A stretch of 64,000 bases of DNA, taken from positions 1 to 64,000 of the forward strand of contig JAVVGL010000007.1 of the NCBI GenBank assembly GCA_032249135.1. The letters run 5' to 3'. A model generated the notes under the pieces. The model saw nothing but the letters and a program-made list of their open reading frames with translations, searched no databases and was not told the origin of the DNA. Positions 19,743 through 30,453 of the stretch are shown here, one piece after another (position 1 is the stretch's first letter; each line of letters begins with the position of its first letter). The DNA comes from Candidatus Calescibacterium sp. GTDB lineage: Bacteria > Calescibacteriota > Calescibacteriia > Calescibacteriales > Calescibacteriaceae. Position numbers and translations under genes: made by a program.

Positions 19743-19955
19743 ATGGAAAAGGGACAAAAGAAAGCGGAAAAATTAATATCTGACGAACTTTTAGAGATAT
19801 TGGCTTGTCCCAAATGCAAAGGGGATCTTGTTCTTGACGAAATAAACTCAGGTCTTATTTGTGAATCTTGCAAACTCTTTTATAAAATAGAAGATGGAAT
19901 ACCGATAATGCTTATAGATGAAGCCGTTCCACTTGATAAGATAAAAAGAAGCTAA
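19743..19955 (+). CDS. Trm112/YcaR family protein
   Basis: LLEILACPKCKGDL...C..C...YKIEDGIPIMLIDEA. Confidence 0.93.
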   Translation: MEKGQKKAEKLISDELLEILACPKCKGDLVLDEINSGLICESCKLFYKIEDGIPIMLIDEAVPLDKIKRS

Positions 19956-19961
19956 ATTAAT

Positions 19962-20585
19962 TTATGTTTCTACCTCAAAAAGAATGAGTTTATCGCTACT
20001 TTGTTTGAAAAGAATTTTAATTTTCCCGTCAAAATCATTAAAGATGAAAATAGGAAATTTCTTTCCACCTTTTTTCTTCTCACTCTCTTTCATAAAAACT
20101 ATAGCGTCATCTAATGTTATAGGTTTTTCTATTCTAACTTGTACTCTCTCTATTTTGGTTTCCAACTCCTCCTCTGACGATATTTCTTCTGACATTTTTT
20201 CCTCAAATTCCTCTATTTCCTGTGGTATATCTCTTTTCGTTTTCATCTCCTCTCTCATTTGCTTTTCAAATTCTGTTTTGAGTTTCTCAATTTGTCTTTC
20301 AACCTCATAAGCAAGTTTATCTATTATTACTCTTGGATCCTCTCCCGATTCGCTCGTGTATATTACAGGAAAGTTTCTTTTTGAGACAGTTATTATTATT
20401 TCTCCTACTTTTTCCTTCCCTTCCTTCTTGTATATAAAGTAGGCTTTTGAGTTCTCTTTCATGCCATCGGGTATTTTTGAAATGACTTTCGAAAACTTTT
20501 CAATAAAGTACTGCTTTATATAATCTGTTATATCTATATCTTTGCTGAGAATTTCTAATTTCATCCCGTTTATTTGTTCCTCCAT
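19962..20585 (-). CDS. hpf: Long-type ribosome hibernation factor (HPF/RaiA)
   Basis: KDIDITDYIKQYFIEKF, IDKLAYEVERQIEKLK, C-terminal KPITLDDAI..M..F.IF. Confidence 0.75.
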   Translation of the reverse strand: MEEQINGMKLEILSKDIDITDYIKQYFIEKFSKVISKIPDGMKENSKAYFIYKKEGKEKVGEIIITVSKRNFPVIYTSESGEDPRVIIDKLAYEVERQIEKLKTEFEKQMREEMKTKRDIPQEIEEFEEKMSEEISSEEELETKIERVQVRIEKPITLDDAIVFMKESEKKKGGKKFPIFIFNDFDGKIKILFKQSSDKLILFEVET

Positions 20586-20652
20586 GTTTTTTTCCTCCCC
20601 ACAAGATTTCGGGTTTATACATTAAATTAATTTTATTGATTGCTTTCTTGTA

Positions 20653-23145
20653 TTATGGTTTCATCAGAAATTTTTTAATTACCTTTTGCAAAGTCTCCTG
20701 TATGCTTTCACTTATGCTCCTATTGTCTTTTAGCTTTCTTCCCACAAAAAATGGCAAAACAATTTTTTCATTATAGCCTTTTTTATTTATTTCTCCTTTA
20801 AATCCTCTTAACTTACCGCATATTATTTCACCACCCCACAATATTTTACCTACTACTATCCTTTCGGTCACTTGAGCAGTAGAAAACATTAAAAGAACCT
20901 TTGTATTTTTCAGTAATATATCAGAACTTGGTAAAATTATCAGAATATCTTCTTCTTCCGGCATTTGAGGTAAATTATCTTTCTCTGACAGAACAAAGAT
21001 TTCTTTTCCATATTCTTGCCTTAATTTATCTGAAAAATTTTTTATTTCTTTTTTTATTTCTTCTTCTACGAAAATTACATACTTTGTGCGTGGCAAAAGA
21101 GAGTCCCTTATATTTTTCATAACGATGTTTAAATCTTGTATGTTATTTGAACTGAAATCAACTATAAAGTAGATTTTAGGCTTTTCTGCGGGAAACTGAA
21201 GCTCCTCAAAGATTATATCTACAAACTCGCTTATTTTTCCTTTATCTGATGTGAAAGTTGTATCTAGTGCAAATGCCAGTTTTAGATATTCCTTTAATAT
21301 TGGTATTTCCTCTTTTTTAAACTCTTCTTGATTCAACAGAGCAAGCGAAAGGAGAATATCAGCTATTTCAGGATTGATATTATCATGATAAGCTTTTTTT
21401 ATTATTTTGCAAGCTTCGTTTATCTTACAAAGTTTTATTAGGGTTTTTGAAAGCTCAACGAGATATCTAAAATTTGCTTCTTTTTCCACTAAATTACTTA
21501 AAATCTCTTGCGAAATTTTCATATTTCTTTCAGCAGGTGGAATATTCCTCAGTAGAACAGCTTTTGCAAAATTTAGAAAGTTTTCTATCTTTTTTTTCTC
21601 TATATCTCCATAGAAAAATTCATTTTTCAACTCTGGAAATATTAAAGGAGGAGGGATAAGTTGAGGAAAAGCAGGAAGGATGAAAATGTTATTTTTTATT
21701 TTCTGAAATTCCTCATCAGATAAATTCAGAAGTCTTTGGTAAGATAATTCAAGCAAAACATAAGCCTCTTCATATTTTCCTTGCAATATCTTTACAAAAC
21801 CTAAATTCAGAGGTGTCTGAAAATCATCCGGGTTCCTCACATTATAAGAAATCTTTTCTTCCACTATCTTCTTTTCATCTTCGTTTAGAAACAAAATAGA
21901 ATATGGAAGGAAAAAAGATTTTAATGAATAGATTAAATTTTGGGTTTCAAGGAAATTTTTATCTTGAGTTTCTTTTTTCTGTCGGATGATATTATCTTCT
22001 CCTTCTATTATATTATTATCTTCTTTGAGCAGAATTTTTATTAATTTTGTTGACATAAAACTTTCAGCATTTTTTGGAATTGGGAAAATTCGTGAAAGTG
22101 GGAAAATTGAGAATACATTATAGATTTTTTCTTCTTTCTCCTTTTCTTTTTTCCCTTTTGTTTTTAGTTTTTCTAATCTTTCATTTTTTTTCTTTTCAAT
22201 TTCATCAATATTTTCCTGAATCTTTCTTATAAGTTCAAGAAGTCTTACATGTGGGAGCATCTTTTTTCGCAGATCAGAAATTCTTTCAAGTCTTTCATCA
22301 AAATCCGAATTTTCAATATATTCAATTGTTTTTGAAATAACATCTTCTAATTTGTCAAAATCGTCATAAACAAAAAAATCCTCATTTTCCTTATAAATTT
22401 CTTTAAAATGATCAGAGTTTGTAATAAGTGATGCTCCAAAAAGGGGTGCTTCTGGTCTTTGAATCTCTTTTCTTCTATGGTATGCAAGACAAATTTTTAC
22501 ATCAGATAAGATATTCTCATATTCTTCTTTTTTAAGATAAGATGGATTTATTTTTATTTTAAGCTTTCTTTTATGAGCAATTTCAATTACTTTCATAATA
22601 AGCTTACCCTTTTCTGGAAAAAGAAGAGTGTCCATATTTCCTGAATAGAAAATATCTATTTTTCTTTCTTTCGGCTTTTTTAGTTTTGAGATGGCGGTTA
22701 TTGGTTCATAACCGAACCATATCGGGAATTTTATAGTATGCCTTGAAAAATTTCTGATAACTCTTTCGGTTTCTTCTGAAAAACATACAACGGAGTCAGC
22801 TAATTTCATAAGTTCTTTTGACCTTACTATTTCATAATCAAAATCGCATGTGATAAAAACGATCGGGAAAGGACACTTGTGAATTTCCAAAGGTAAAAAA
22901 ACATATTCAGGACCTTGTATCAAAAACAAATCTGGCATCCAATTACTTGGAAGTTTATTGATAACATCAAAAATGCTATCACCTGGATTGAAAATTACAT
23001 CTCCGAGTTGAGGTAAGAAGTTCAGAGTTAATATTTCAAAACCGTTCTCTCTGAAAAAATTTTTTTTGCTTTTTGCTATGTATCCTAAATGTAGGTTGCT
23101 TATTGGGCTCTCGCCTAAATTTATACCTAAAAGAAGAATTTTCAT
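20653..23145 (-). CDS. Glycosyltransferase-like protein with TPR-like region
   Basis: ERKIDIFYSGN, YENILSDVKI (CgeB-like GT-B); NLGFVKILQGKYEEA TPR-like helices. Confidence 0.6.
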   Translation of the reverse strand: MKILLLGINLGESPISNLHLGYIAKSKKNFFRENGFEILTLNFLPQLGDVIFNPGDSIFDVINKLPSNWMPDLFLIQGPEYVFLPLEIHKCPFPIVFITCDFDYEIVRSKELMKLADSVVCFSEETERVIRNFSRHTIKFPIWFGYEPITAISKLKKPKERKIDIFYSGNMDTLLFPEKGKLIMKVIEIAHKRKLKIKINPSYLKKEEYENILSDVKICLAYHRRKEIQRPEAPLFGASLITNSDHFKEIYKENEDFFVYDDFDKLEDVISKTIEYIENSDFDERLERISDLRKKMLPHVRLLELIRKIQENIDEIEKKKNERLEKLKTKGKKEKEKEEKIYNVFSIFPLSRIFPIPKNAESFMSTKLIKILLKEDNNIIEGEDNIIRQKKETQDKNFLETQNLIYSLKSFFLPYSILFLNEDEKKIVEEKISYNVRNPDDFQTPLNLGFVKILQGKYEEAYVLLELSYQRLLNLSDEEFQKIKNNIFILPAFPQLIPPPLIFPELKNEFFYGDIEKKKIENFLNFAKAVLLRNIPPAERNMKISQEILSNLVEKEANFRYLVELSKTLIKLCKINEACKIIKKAYHDNINPEIADILLSLALLNQEEFKKEEIPILKEYLKLAFALDTTFTSDKGKISEFVDIIFEELQFPAEKPKIYFIVDFSSNNIQDLNIVMKNIRDSLLPRTKYVIFVEEEIKKEIKNFSDKLRQEYGKEIFVLSEKDNLPQMPEEEDILIILPSSDILLKNTKVLLMFSTAQVTERIVVGKILWGGEIICGKLRGFKGEINKKGYNEKIVLPFFVGRKLKDNRSISESIQETLQKVIKKFLMKP

Positions 23146-23218
23146 ATTGAGGGAATAAGTGAAAATATAAAAAATAAATGAAAATATAAAAAAATTGAGG
23201 AGATTAAGAACTTTGCTT

Positions 23219-23458
23219 TTATTTTGAAGATTTCTCTCTTATGTAGTTTATAGCATCTTTTACTGTTCTTATTTTATCTAGATCTTCATCTGGGATTGAT
23301 ATGCCGAATTCCTCTTCAAGCTTCATTATCATATCAACAAGATCAAGCGAATCAAGACCGAGATCCTCAATAAAAGAGGCATCATCTCTTATATCTGAGA
23401 CACTTTTTCCTGCTTTCTCTGCAATTACACTTTTTATCTTCATTTCAAGCTCATCCAT
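23219..23458 (-). CDS. acpP: Acyl carrier protein
   Basis: DLGLDSLD phosphopantetheine motif, LEEEFGISIPDE. Confidence 0.97.
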   Translation of the reverse strand: MDELEMKIKSVIAEKAGKSVSDIRDDASFIEDLGLDSLDLVDMIMKLEEEFGISIPDEDLDKIRTVKDAINYIREKSSK

Positions 23459-23590
23459 CTTTTCTCACCCCCTGCTAACAAGAAAATATAATTAACAATT
23501 AAGAACAGAAAAAGGATAGTTCGCTTAAAAACAAAATAAAAGCTATTTTAAAGTTTAGAAAAAAAACAGAAATTTTCTATTTTAAAATTT

Positions 23591-24619
23591 ATGGTATTCT
23601 TGACAGGAGCAACGGGGTTTATCGGGAGTTGGACTCTAAAAGAGCTATTGGAAAAAGGATACAAAGTAAGAATATCTTTAAGACCAAATTCAAATACAGA
23701 AAACATAAAAAGTTTGCTTGATAAAGTAGATGTCTATACTGGGGATCTCAGAGATGAAAATTTTGTCAGAGAATGTTTAAAGGGTTGTGAGTATATTATT
23801 CATACAGCGGGAAAGGTAGATACATCTTTGAGGAAAGAGAAATTGGAAGAAATAATGGCTTCAAACTTTATTTCAACTCAAAACATTTTCAAACAGGCTA
23901 TAAGAGCAGGAGTAAAAAAAGTCGTATTTTTAGGCTCAATTTTTGGTTTGGGAAAAGCCACGGGGAAAGAGTTAGCAGATGAAAAGGTTGAATTTAATTT
24001 AGAGCATCTTGAAAAGAAAATTCCATATGTTAGAGCAAAAAGATTGTCTGAAATAATAGCAGATGAATACATAAGAGCAGGACTAAAATGTGTGAGGGTT
24101 TATCCTAACTTTTGTTTGGGTTATGGAGACATTTATTTATCTTCATCAAAAGCAATTTTGCCTTTTGTTATGGGAATGAAATTTTACTTTGATATGGGGA
24201 TAAATGTTCAGTGGGTAGGGGACGCCGCAAAAGCACTTTTACTTGCACTTGAAAAAGGAAAAGAAGGAGAAAAATATATAGTTGGAGGAGAAAACATCCA
24301 CTATGAAAAAATAGCAGAGATTGTTTGCGAAAAACTCGGAAAAGCTCCACCAAAAACCAAAATAAACCCAAAAATATTCAAGGTTTTTCTTTTTTTACCT
24401 CAAAGAATTTTAGATGTAATTGAAAGAAAGCTTTTTGAAAAAACAAAGTTAGATTTGGGGGCTTTGCTTATAGCATCGGAAAAATATTGGTATTACTCAG
24501 ATAAAAAAGCTCGGGATGAGTTAGGATATACATCTCGTCCGGCAGAAGAAACTTTACATGAAGCTGTTGATTGGCTTTCGTCGAAATTGAGAGAAAGCAG
24601 AAGGAAAATGAAATTCTGA
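23591..24619 (+). CDS. NAD-dependent epimerase/dehydratase (extended SDR, dihydroflavonol reductase-like)
   Basis: TGATGFIG, HTAG, YVRAK (YxxxK), GEKYIVGGEN. Confidence 0.9.
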   Translation: MVFLTGATGFIGSWTLKELLEKGYKVRISLRPNSNTENIKSLLDKVDVYTGDLRDENFVRECLKGCEYIIHTAGKVDTSLRKEKLEEIMASNFISTQNIFKQAIRAGVKKVVFLGSIFGLGKATGKELADEKVEFNLEHLEKKIPYVRAKRLSEIIADEYIRAGLKCVRVYPNFCLGYGDIYLSSSKAILPFVMGMKFYFDMGINVQWVGDAAKALLLALEKGKEGEKYIVGGENIHYEKIAEIVCEKLGKAPPKTKINPKIFKVFLFLPQRILDVIERKLFEKTKLDLGALLIASEKYWYYSDKKARDELGYTSRPAEETLHEAVDWLSSKLRESRRKMKF

Positions 24620-24666
24620 AAAATTGAAAATATCAAAGCCAGAGTAATAATTTTTTTATATAATGT

Positions 24667-24740
24667 GGTGGACGTAGCTCAACTGGAAGAGCACGGGACT
24701 GTGGCTCCCGGGGTTGCGGGTTCGAGCCCCGTCGTCCACC
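24667..24740 (+). tRNA. tRNA-His(GUG), G-1 encoded, CCA not encoded
   Basis: GTGGACG/CGTCCAC acceptor stem, anticodon arm CGGGA-CTGTGGC-TCCCG, T loop TTCGAG, G-1:C73. Confidence 0.96.
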
Positions 24741-24750
24741 CCCCCTTTTT

Positions 24751-25182
24751 ATGACAGAAGAAGAAAAAATAAAACAAATTTTCTCTTTCAAAAACATAGC
24801 AGTCGTTGGAATGAGTGATAACCCAGAAAAACCCTCAAACAGAGTTCCAGCATATCTTATGAAACAAGGATACAAAATAATTCCTATAAATCCAACAAAA
24901 GATCAAATAATGGGACTCAAATCTTACAAAAGCCTTCTTGATGTTGAGGATGAAATAGATGTTGTTAATGTTTTCAGAAGACCCGAATATGCAATAGAAG
25001 TAGTAAAGGAAGCAATAGAAAGAAAGAAAAAAAGAGGAGATATAAAGGCTATATGGCTCCAAGAAGGAATAGTAAATGACGAAGCAAAAAAACTTGCAGA
25101 AGAAAACGGATTACTTTTCATTCAAGACAAATGTATGTTCAAAGAACACCTGAGACTCAAAGGAGAGGAAACTAAATCATAA
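24751..25182 (+). CDS. CoA-binding protein (YccU-like)
   Basis: IAVVGMSDNPEKPS, IIPINP, DVVNVFRR, IWLQEGI, DKC. Confidence 0.92.
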   Translation: MTEEEKIKQIFSFKNIAVVGMSDNPEKPSNRVPAYLMKQGYKIIPINPTKDQIMGLKSYKSLLDVEDEIDVVNVFRRPEYAIEVVKEAIERKKKRGDIKAIWLQEGIVNDEAKKLAEENGLLFIQDKCMFKEHLRLKGEETKS

Positions 25183-25284
25183 ACCAAACGAACAGAGTAA
25201 ATTAAAAATAAACGGTGTAAATTAAACTACAAAATTACGATAAAGAAATAATATTACTACTAATATACCGATGCGTTATATATT

Positions 25285-28200
25285 ATGGTTTTAATAAAAA
25301 TAAAAAAAACTAATTTAGCAACAATTCCACTTCATATTTTCCTTTTTTTCATCCCTTTTATTTCTTCAATAATATCTGGTTGTGCTCAGAGAACAGGAAG
25401 ACCACCTCTTGAATTCAAAATAATAGAGTTCTTCCCACCAGCAGGTTTCCAGATGCCCCTTACATCTGTTCCTCTCAAAATATCAATAGCTTTTTCAAAA
25501 CCCGTAGACCAATTAACTATAAACGATACAACTATCAAAGTCTTCAAAGACGGAAATGAAATAAAAAAAGAAATAAAAATAACTGATAGACAAAAAATTG
25601 AACTCTTCCCAGAAGTATCTGCACAAGGTAAATACAAAGTTTTTGTTTCAGCAAAAGTAAAAAGTATTATCGGAGAGGAACTCGGAGAAGATTTCTCGTG
25701 GGAATTTACAATAACACCTATAACACCTGAAAGAGTAACCGAAATCCAACCCCCAGAATTTCCTCCTTTGATAAAGAAAATCTATCCTGAACATGGTGCA
25801 ACAGTTCCGCAAGACACAATAGTATATGTTGTATTCTCAAAAAAAATCATAAATTTGAACACATCAAACTTTTACATACAAGATATAAACGGGAGAATAG
25901 TTGATGCAGACCTCACATATTTAGAGGGGGAGAACATAGCAATTTTGAAACCTAAAAGACTTCTTGAACCATCACAAACCTATATTGTAAATCTCAGGTC
26001 AAATATAACAGCACAAGATGGAGAAACCTTAGGTGTAAATATAGCTTGGATATTCTTTACCTCCGGCATAGGAGTGGATACAACCCCTCCTGATGTTATA
26101 TCTATATTCCCACCCAACGGCGCAACAGGAGTTCCAATTGATACAAAAATCATAATCTTCTTCTCAGAAGATATAGATACTGGAACCATCACATCAGGAA
26201 TAAAAATATTAGAGAATAATGTAGTTGAAATTCCATTTACATTCTCATACGACCCAACAGTTTTCAAGGTAACTATAACGCCTCTTGGGGGGCTAACTCC
26301 GAACAGAAATTACATAGTAAAAGTCAAAGTAAAAGATAAAAGAGGAAATGAGATGCCGACAGAATTTATATCTTATTTCTCAACAGGAACAGGGATAGGG
26401 GTGGGTGGACCCGGAGAAGAAACCGGAGGTGGTGTAACTTCTCCCGAATCTCCCCAAGTAATAATCACTTCCCCTTCGCCAAACTCGTATGTAAAGGGTA
26501 TAATGAATGTTGAAGTTAGTTTTACGGGCTCTCCGAAAAGGATTGAGCTATGGATAAATGCTGAAAAAAAACAAACAATAACTTCTCCTCCCTCTTCTCC
26601 TATAACATTCACAGAAGATACTAGAACCTACACCGATGGAGAAAAAATAGTAAAAGTAATAGGATATTATTCAAATACAACAACATCTTACTCAATCAAA
26701 GTGACTTTTGATAATTCTCCACCTTCTGTTTCAATTCAAGAACCAACTGAGGGTAAAGTAATATCAGGAACATCAGCGGAAATAAGAGTCATAACTGCTG
26801 ATTCACCAGATGGGCGTTTAGAAAAAGTAGAACTATACATAGATGAAATTTTCCATTCTTCTTTAACTTCTCCTACAATCCCTCCCAACATTTTCAAGTT
26901 CTTCGTAGATACAACAGCTTACTCAGATGGGAATCACACGATAGAAATTAAGGCAAAAGACCTCGCAGGAAATGAAGGTTCGTCAGGAAAAAGAAACATA
27001 AAAATAGATAATACCCCTCCCTCTGGGTTTTTCATCTCTCCTTCAAACGACTCAGTAGTTGGAGGAGCCGTAAATGTTGAAGTAAATGCATCAGATAACA
27101 TAGGAGTATCAAAAGTCATTTTCTTTGCAAACGCAGCAAATATATGTGATGCAATAACAGGTCAGTGTGAAATTACATCTTCTCCATACAGAATAAGGTG
27201 GGACTCAACATCTATTTCTTACTCGGTCGGTGTACCAATTACAGCTGCGGTTTTTGATTTAGCTGGGAATACAAAAACTTTCGGAATATCTGTAACAGTT
27301 GATAATGTCTTGCCAGTAGTAGCTATATTAAACCCAGCACCATCATCATACCTCAAAGGTTCAGCTCCCATAGATGTTTTCAACTCAGATACTTCAGGCG
27401 TCACTCGTGTTGTGATAATTATAGATAGCACTCAGGTAGCGTCTGCTATAAATCCACCATCCACTTATACATTTATGTGGAACACTCTATCTTTTTCCGA
27501 TGGAACTCACTCAATAAAAGCTATCGCATACGATAAAGCCGGAAATTCAAATACTCACGAGATTTTTGTTGTTGTAGATAATACTCCACCGGTTGTGAGC
27601 ATCACAAATCCTTTATCAGGCTCATTTACAAATGCAAATTCAATAAACATAGGGGCATCAGCATCAGACAATATTTTACTTGATAGGGTTGAATTTTATA
27701 TAGACGGAGTGTTAGCGGGAACTGATTCAACTTCTCCGTTTTCTATTTTAGCCGATATTTCTTTGCTTTCGGAAGGAACTCACAGCATAACCGCAGTAGC
27801 ATTTGATGTGGCAGGAAATAATTTCACTACACCCTCACCTACGACATTCATAATAGATAGAACTCCACCAACGGTAGGATTTACAGCACCAACAACAGGC
27901 GCAGTAGTTCAAGGAACAATAACAGTAAATGTTGTAGCAGTAGATTTAAACAAAGTAAGCACAATAAGTATAACTGCCGGAACAATAAATCTACCATCAT
28001 GCACAATAAATGCAAGCTCCGGAACTTGTTCAAGAACCTGGGCTACATCGGGGGACCAAAACAATGTTATTTTGACCGGAATAGCAGGAGATTCAGCAGG
28101 GAATCAAGGGGTAACGCAAATAGTTGTTATGATTGATAACCTTTCACCCTCCGTATCTGTAACCTCACCAACAGCTGGATATGTAACTTGTCCAACAAAC

Positions 28201-30453
28201 ACGGTTCTTGGAGCATCAGCTTCTGACGCAAATCAAATCACAGCAGTAGTAATAAGATTAGTTGATATATCAACTTCAACAGAGCTTGCTTCATTTACTT
28301 TCTCTTTATCTCCGACATCTCCTGCAAATGTTTGGGCAACTTTAACTGATACCCAATGCGGAAGCGATGGTCAAAAAAGAGTTGAAGTGAGAGCTTTTGA
28401 CGCAGGAGGAAGACAGGGAATAGCTTCAAGAAACTTCACAGTAGACAACACACCTCCTGGACTAAATATTACTTTCCCGCCAGATTTAGAATGTGTAGGA
28501 AATGGAATCACAAGAGTAGTCTTTACAGCATGCGATAGCATATTCTTGAACAAAATCACGGTATATGTTGATTCAACAGCTATAGCTTCAATTTCACCAG
28601 GTACAGCAATATCTTGCTCAACACCTCAGCCCTACAATATCAACTGGAATTCAAGTTTATTTTCAGATGGATCTCATCAAGTAAGGGTTGTTGCCACTGA
28701 CCTTGCCGGAAATTCAACGGTGCAAATAGCTAACATTATAGTAGATAATAACTCACCAACCATAAACATAATAAATCCGCCAACAAATTCATTAATATCA
28801 GCTCCTACATCGGTCCTCGTAACATTAGGAGATTCAGTGTGCCCACCACCGACGTTTCCATTCAAAAAAGTTGAATACCAGATAGCAGTCTCGGGTGTGG
28901 GTAGTTTTAGTTCATCAACTCAGAGCTGCTCATCAACTCAAAGAATTCCTTGCACAGATACAAATGTAGGATCAGGAACTTCAACATTTTCATGGAGTGC
29001 AACAGAGTACTGCGGATTTTTCATAGTAAAAGCAGTAGGATATGATTATGTCGGAAACAAAGCCGAAACAACGGCTACATACAAGATTCATCCAGTTGGA
29101 TGTCCGATAGATGAATCATGGAGCCCAATCTCTGTTCTTGGCTCAGTTAGAACAACTCCTATTTTAAGAGATTTAAACGCTGACGGAAAAATAGAGATTA
29201 TATTCGGAACGGAAGCAGGTAGAGTTTATGCAGTATCAGAGGGAACAAACTTTCAAAACGGAGATGCTGCTGGGAGCCCGATAAGAGGAGTATTTTTAGA
29301 GGCTCTTGTGACAGGAATAAAAAAATTAGTATTCGGAACCGGCGGTACAGACAGAAAAATAAGAGCTCTTAACTTGACTTCTTCTTTCCTCTCATCTTTT
29401 GCGTCAGTATCAACAGAAACTGCAATTTTCTCTCCTCCATCAACGCTATATACTGACGGCTCAACAACGGTTATAATAGTAGGAGATCTCAGGGCAAGGG
29501 TATCAGAATATGTTCTATCAGCTGCTGGATTTACATTAAGAAACTGCTATCCTGCGGGAGCTCCTCTTGACTGCGGATTGAACAGCGCACCAATAACAGA
29601 CCTTAACGGAGATGGGAGACCAGATATAATTTCATCACCCGTTCCAGCAGATTTTGATTGTGATGGATCTTACGACACAATAATTGTCACGGCTTCTGAC
29701 GGATACATCACAGCAATAGATATAGCAACAAGAACGAAAAATTGGACTGTATACACAGGGGCACCATTAGATACTTCACCAATAGTTGCAGATTTCAATA
29801 ATGATTGTGATTTTGAAATTCTTGTTGCAACAAAAGGTGGAGCTTTATACTGCATAAGTGAAACTGGTGAAGTATGTTCAAGTGCAGGTTGGTCTTCTCA
29901 ATTTTTCAACGCAGGAGCTCAAATTGTTGCCCCACCGGCAGTCACAGATGTAGATTCTTGCTTATCAATAGGAGATCCGCAAAAAGAAATAATATTTGGA
30001 AACACAGGAGGGAACCTTTATATTCTATCACAATTAGGTACCCCCAAATACTCCCCCCCGAGAAATCTTGGGTCTTTCATAGTATCTACTCCAGCAATAG
30101 CAGACATAAATGGAGATGGATGTGGGGAGATTTTTGTCGCAACAGGAGATGGAAGAATTCACGGATTTTACCTTGTAAACAGGGCAGGTCAAATTTATCC
30201 AGAATATCTCACAGGATTTCCAAAATCAACAGGTGGTCCAATTTCAGCGGGTGTTTCACCTGTGATATGCGATATAGATGGGGATTCAGCGTTTGAGCTT
30301 ATAATAGGAAATGATTCATCTCAGTTGAGAGTATATGATTTAGGTTCTGGCTCGGCGGGAGCAGTAAAGTGGATACCCGGAGCATATTTCTGCACTCCGG
30401 ACTCACACGCATGTCAGAGAAGATGGGAAACGGCAATTTGTGGTCAGCCATAA
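25285..30453 (+). CDS. Giant surface lipoprotein: bacterial Ig-like repeats plus C-terminal FG-GAP-like beta-propeller
   Basis: Lipobox ISGC; three Big_5-like units (FSKPVD, FSEDID); repeated DNTPP...AxDxAGN units; several DxNxDG loops. Confidence 0.85.
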   Translation: MVLIKIKKTNLATIPLHIFLFFIPFISSIISGCAQRTGRPPLEFKIIEFFPPAGFQMPLTSVPLKISIAFSKPVDQLTINDTTIKVFKDGNEIKKEIKITDRQKIELFPEVSAQGKYKVFVSAKVKSIIGEELGEDFSWEFTITPITPERVTEIQPPEFPPLIKKIYPEHGATVPQDTIVYVVFSKKIINLNTSNFYIQDINGRIVDADLTYLEGENIAILKPKRLLEPSQTYIVNLRSNITAQDGETLGVNIAWIFFTSGIGVDTTPPDVISIFPPNGATGVPIDTKIIIFFSEDIDTGTITSGIKILENNVVEIPFTFSYDPTVFKVTITPLGGLTPNRNYIVKVKVKDKRGNEMPTEFISYFSTGTGIGVGGPGEETGGGVTSPESPQVIITSPSPNSYVKGIMNVEVSFTGSPKRIELWINAEKKQTITSPPSSPITFTEDTRTYTDGEKIVKVIGYYSNTTTSYSIKVTFDNSPPSVSIQEPTEGKVISGTSAEIRVITADSPDGRLEKVELYIDEIFHSSLTSPTIPPNIFKFFVDTTAYSDGNHTIEIKAKDLAGNEGSSGKRNIKIDNTPPSGFFISPSNDSVVGGAVNVEVNASDNIGVSKVIFFANAANICDAITGQCEITSSPYRIRWDSTSISYSVGVPITAAVFDLAGNTKTFGISVTVDNVLPVVAILNPAPSSYLKGSAPIDVFNSDTSGVTRVVIIIDSTQVASAINPPSTYTFMWNTLSFSDGTHSIKAIAYDKAGNSNTHEIFVVVDNTPPVVSITNPLSGSFTNANSINIGASASDNILLDRVEFYIDGVLAGTDSTSPFSILADISLLSEGTHSITAVAFDVAGNNFTTPSPTTFIIDRTPPTVGFTAPTTGAVVQGTITVNVVAVDLNKVSTISITAGTINLPSCTINASSGTCSRTWATSGDQNNVILTGIAGDSAGNQGVTQIVVMIDNLSPSVSVTSPTAGYVTCPTNTVLGASASDANQITAVVIRLVDISTSTELASFTFSLSPTSPANVWATLTDTQCGSDGQKRVEVRAFDAGGRQGIASRNFTVDNTPPGLNITFPPDLECVGNGITRVVFTACDSIFLNKITVYVDSTAIASISPGTAISCSTPQPYNINWNSSLFSDGSHQVRVVATDLAGNSTVQIANIIVDNNSPTINIINPPTNSLISAPTSVLVTLGDSVCPPPTFPFKKVEYQIAVSGVGSFSSSTQSCSSTQRIPCTDTNVGSGTSTFSWSATEYCGFFIVKAVGYDYVGNKAETTATYKIHPVGCPIDESWSPISVLGSVRTTPILRDLNADGKIEIIFGTEAGRVYAVSEGTNFQNGDAAGSPIRGVFLEALVTGIKKLVFGTGGTDRKIRALNLTSSFLSSFASVSTETAIFSPPSTLYTDGSTTVIIVGDLRARVSEYVLSAAGFTLRNCYPAGAPLDCGLNSAPITDLNGDGRPDIISSPVPADFDCDGSYDTIIVTASDGYITAIDIATRTKNWTVYTGAPLDTSPIVADFNNDCDFEILVATKGGALYCISETGEVCSSAGWSSQFFNAGAQIVAPPAVTDVDSCLSIGDPQKEIIFGNTGGNLYILSQLGTPKYSPPRNLGSFIVSTPAIADINGDGCGEIFVATGDGRIHGFYLVNRAGQIYPEYLTGFPKSTGGPISAGVSPVICDIDGDSAFELIIGNDSSQLRVYDLGSGSAGAVKWIPGAYFCTPDSHACQRRWETAICGQP

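Noticed and set aside
23160..23194. Short direct repeat TGAAAATATAAAAAA (two copies)
   Set aside because: Low-complexity A-rich sequence in an AT-rich genome; only two copies.
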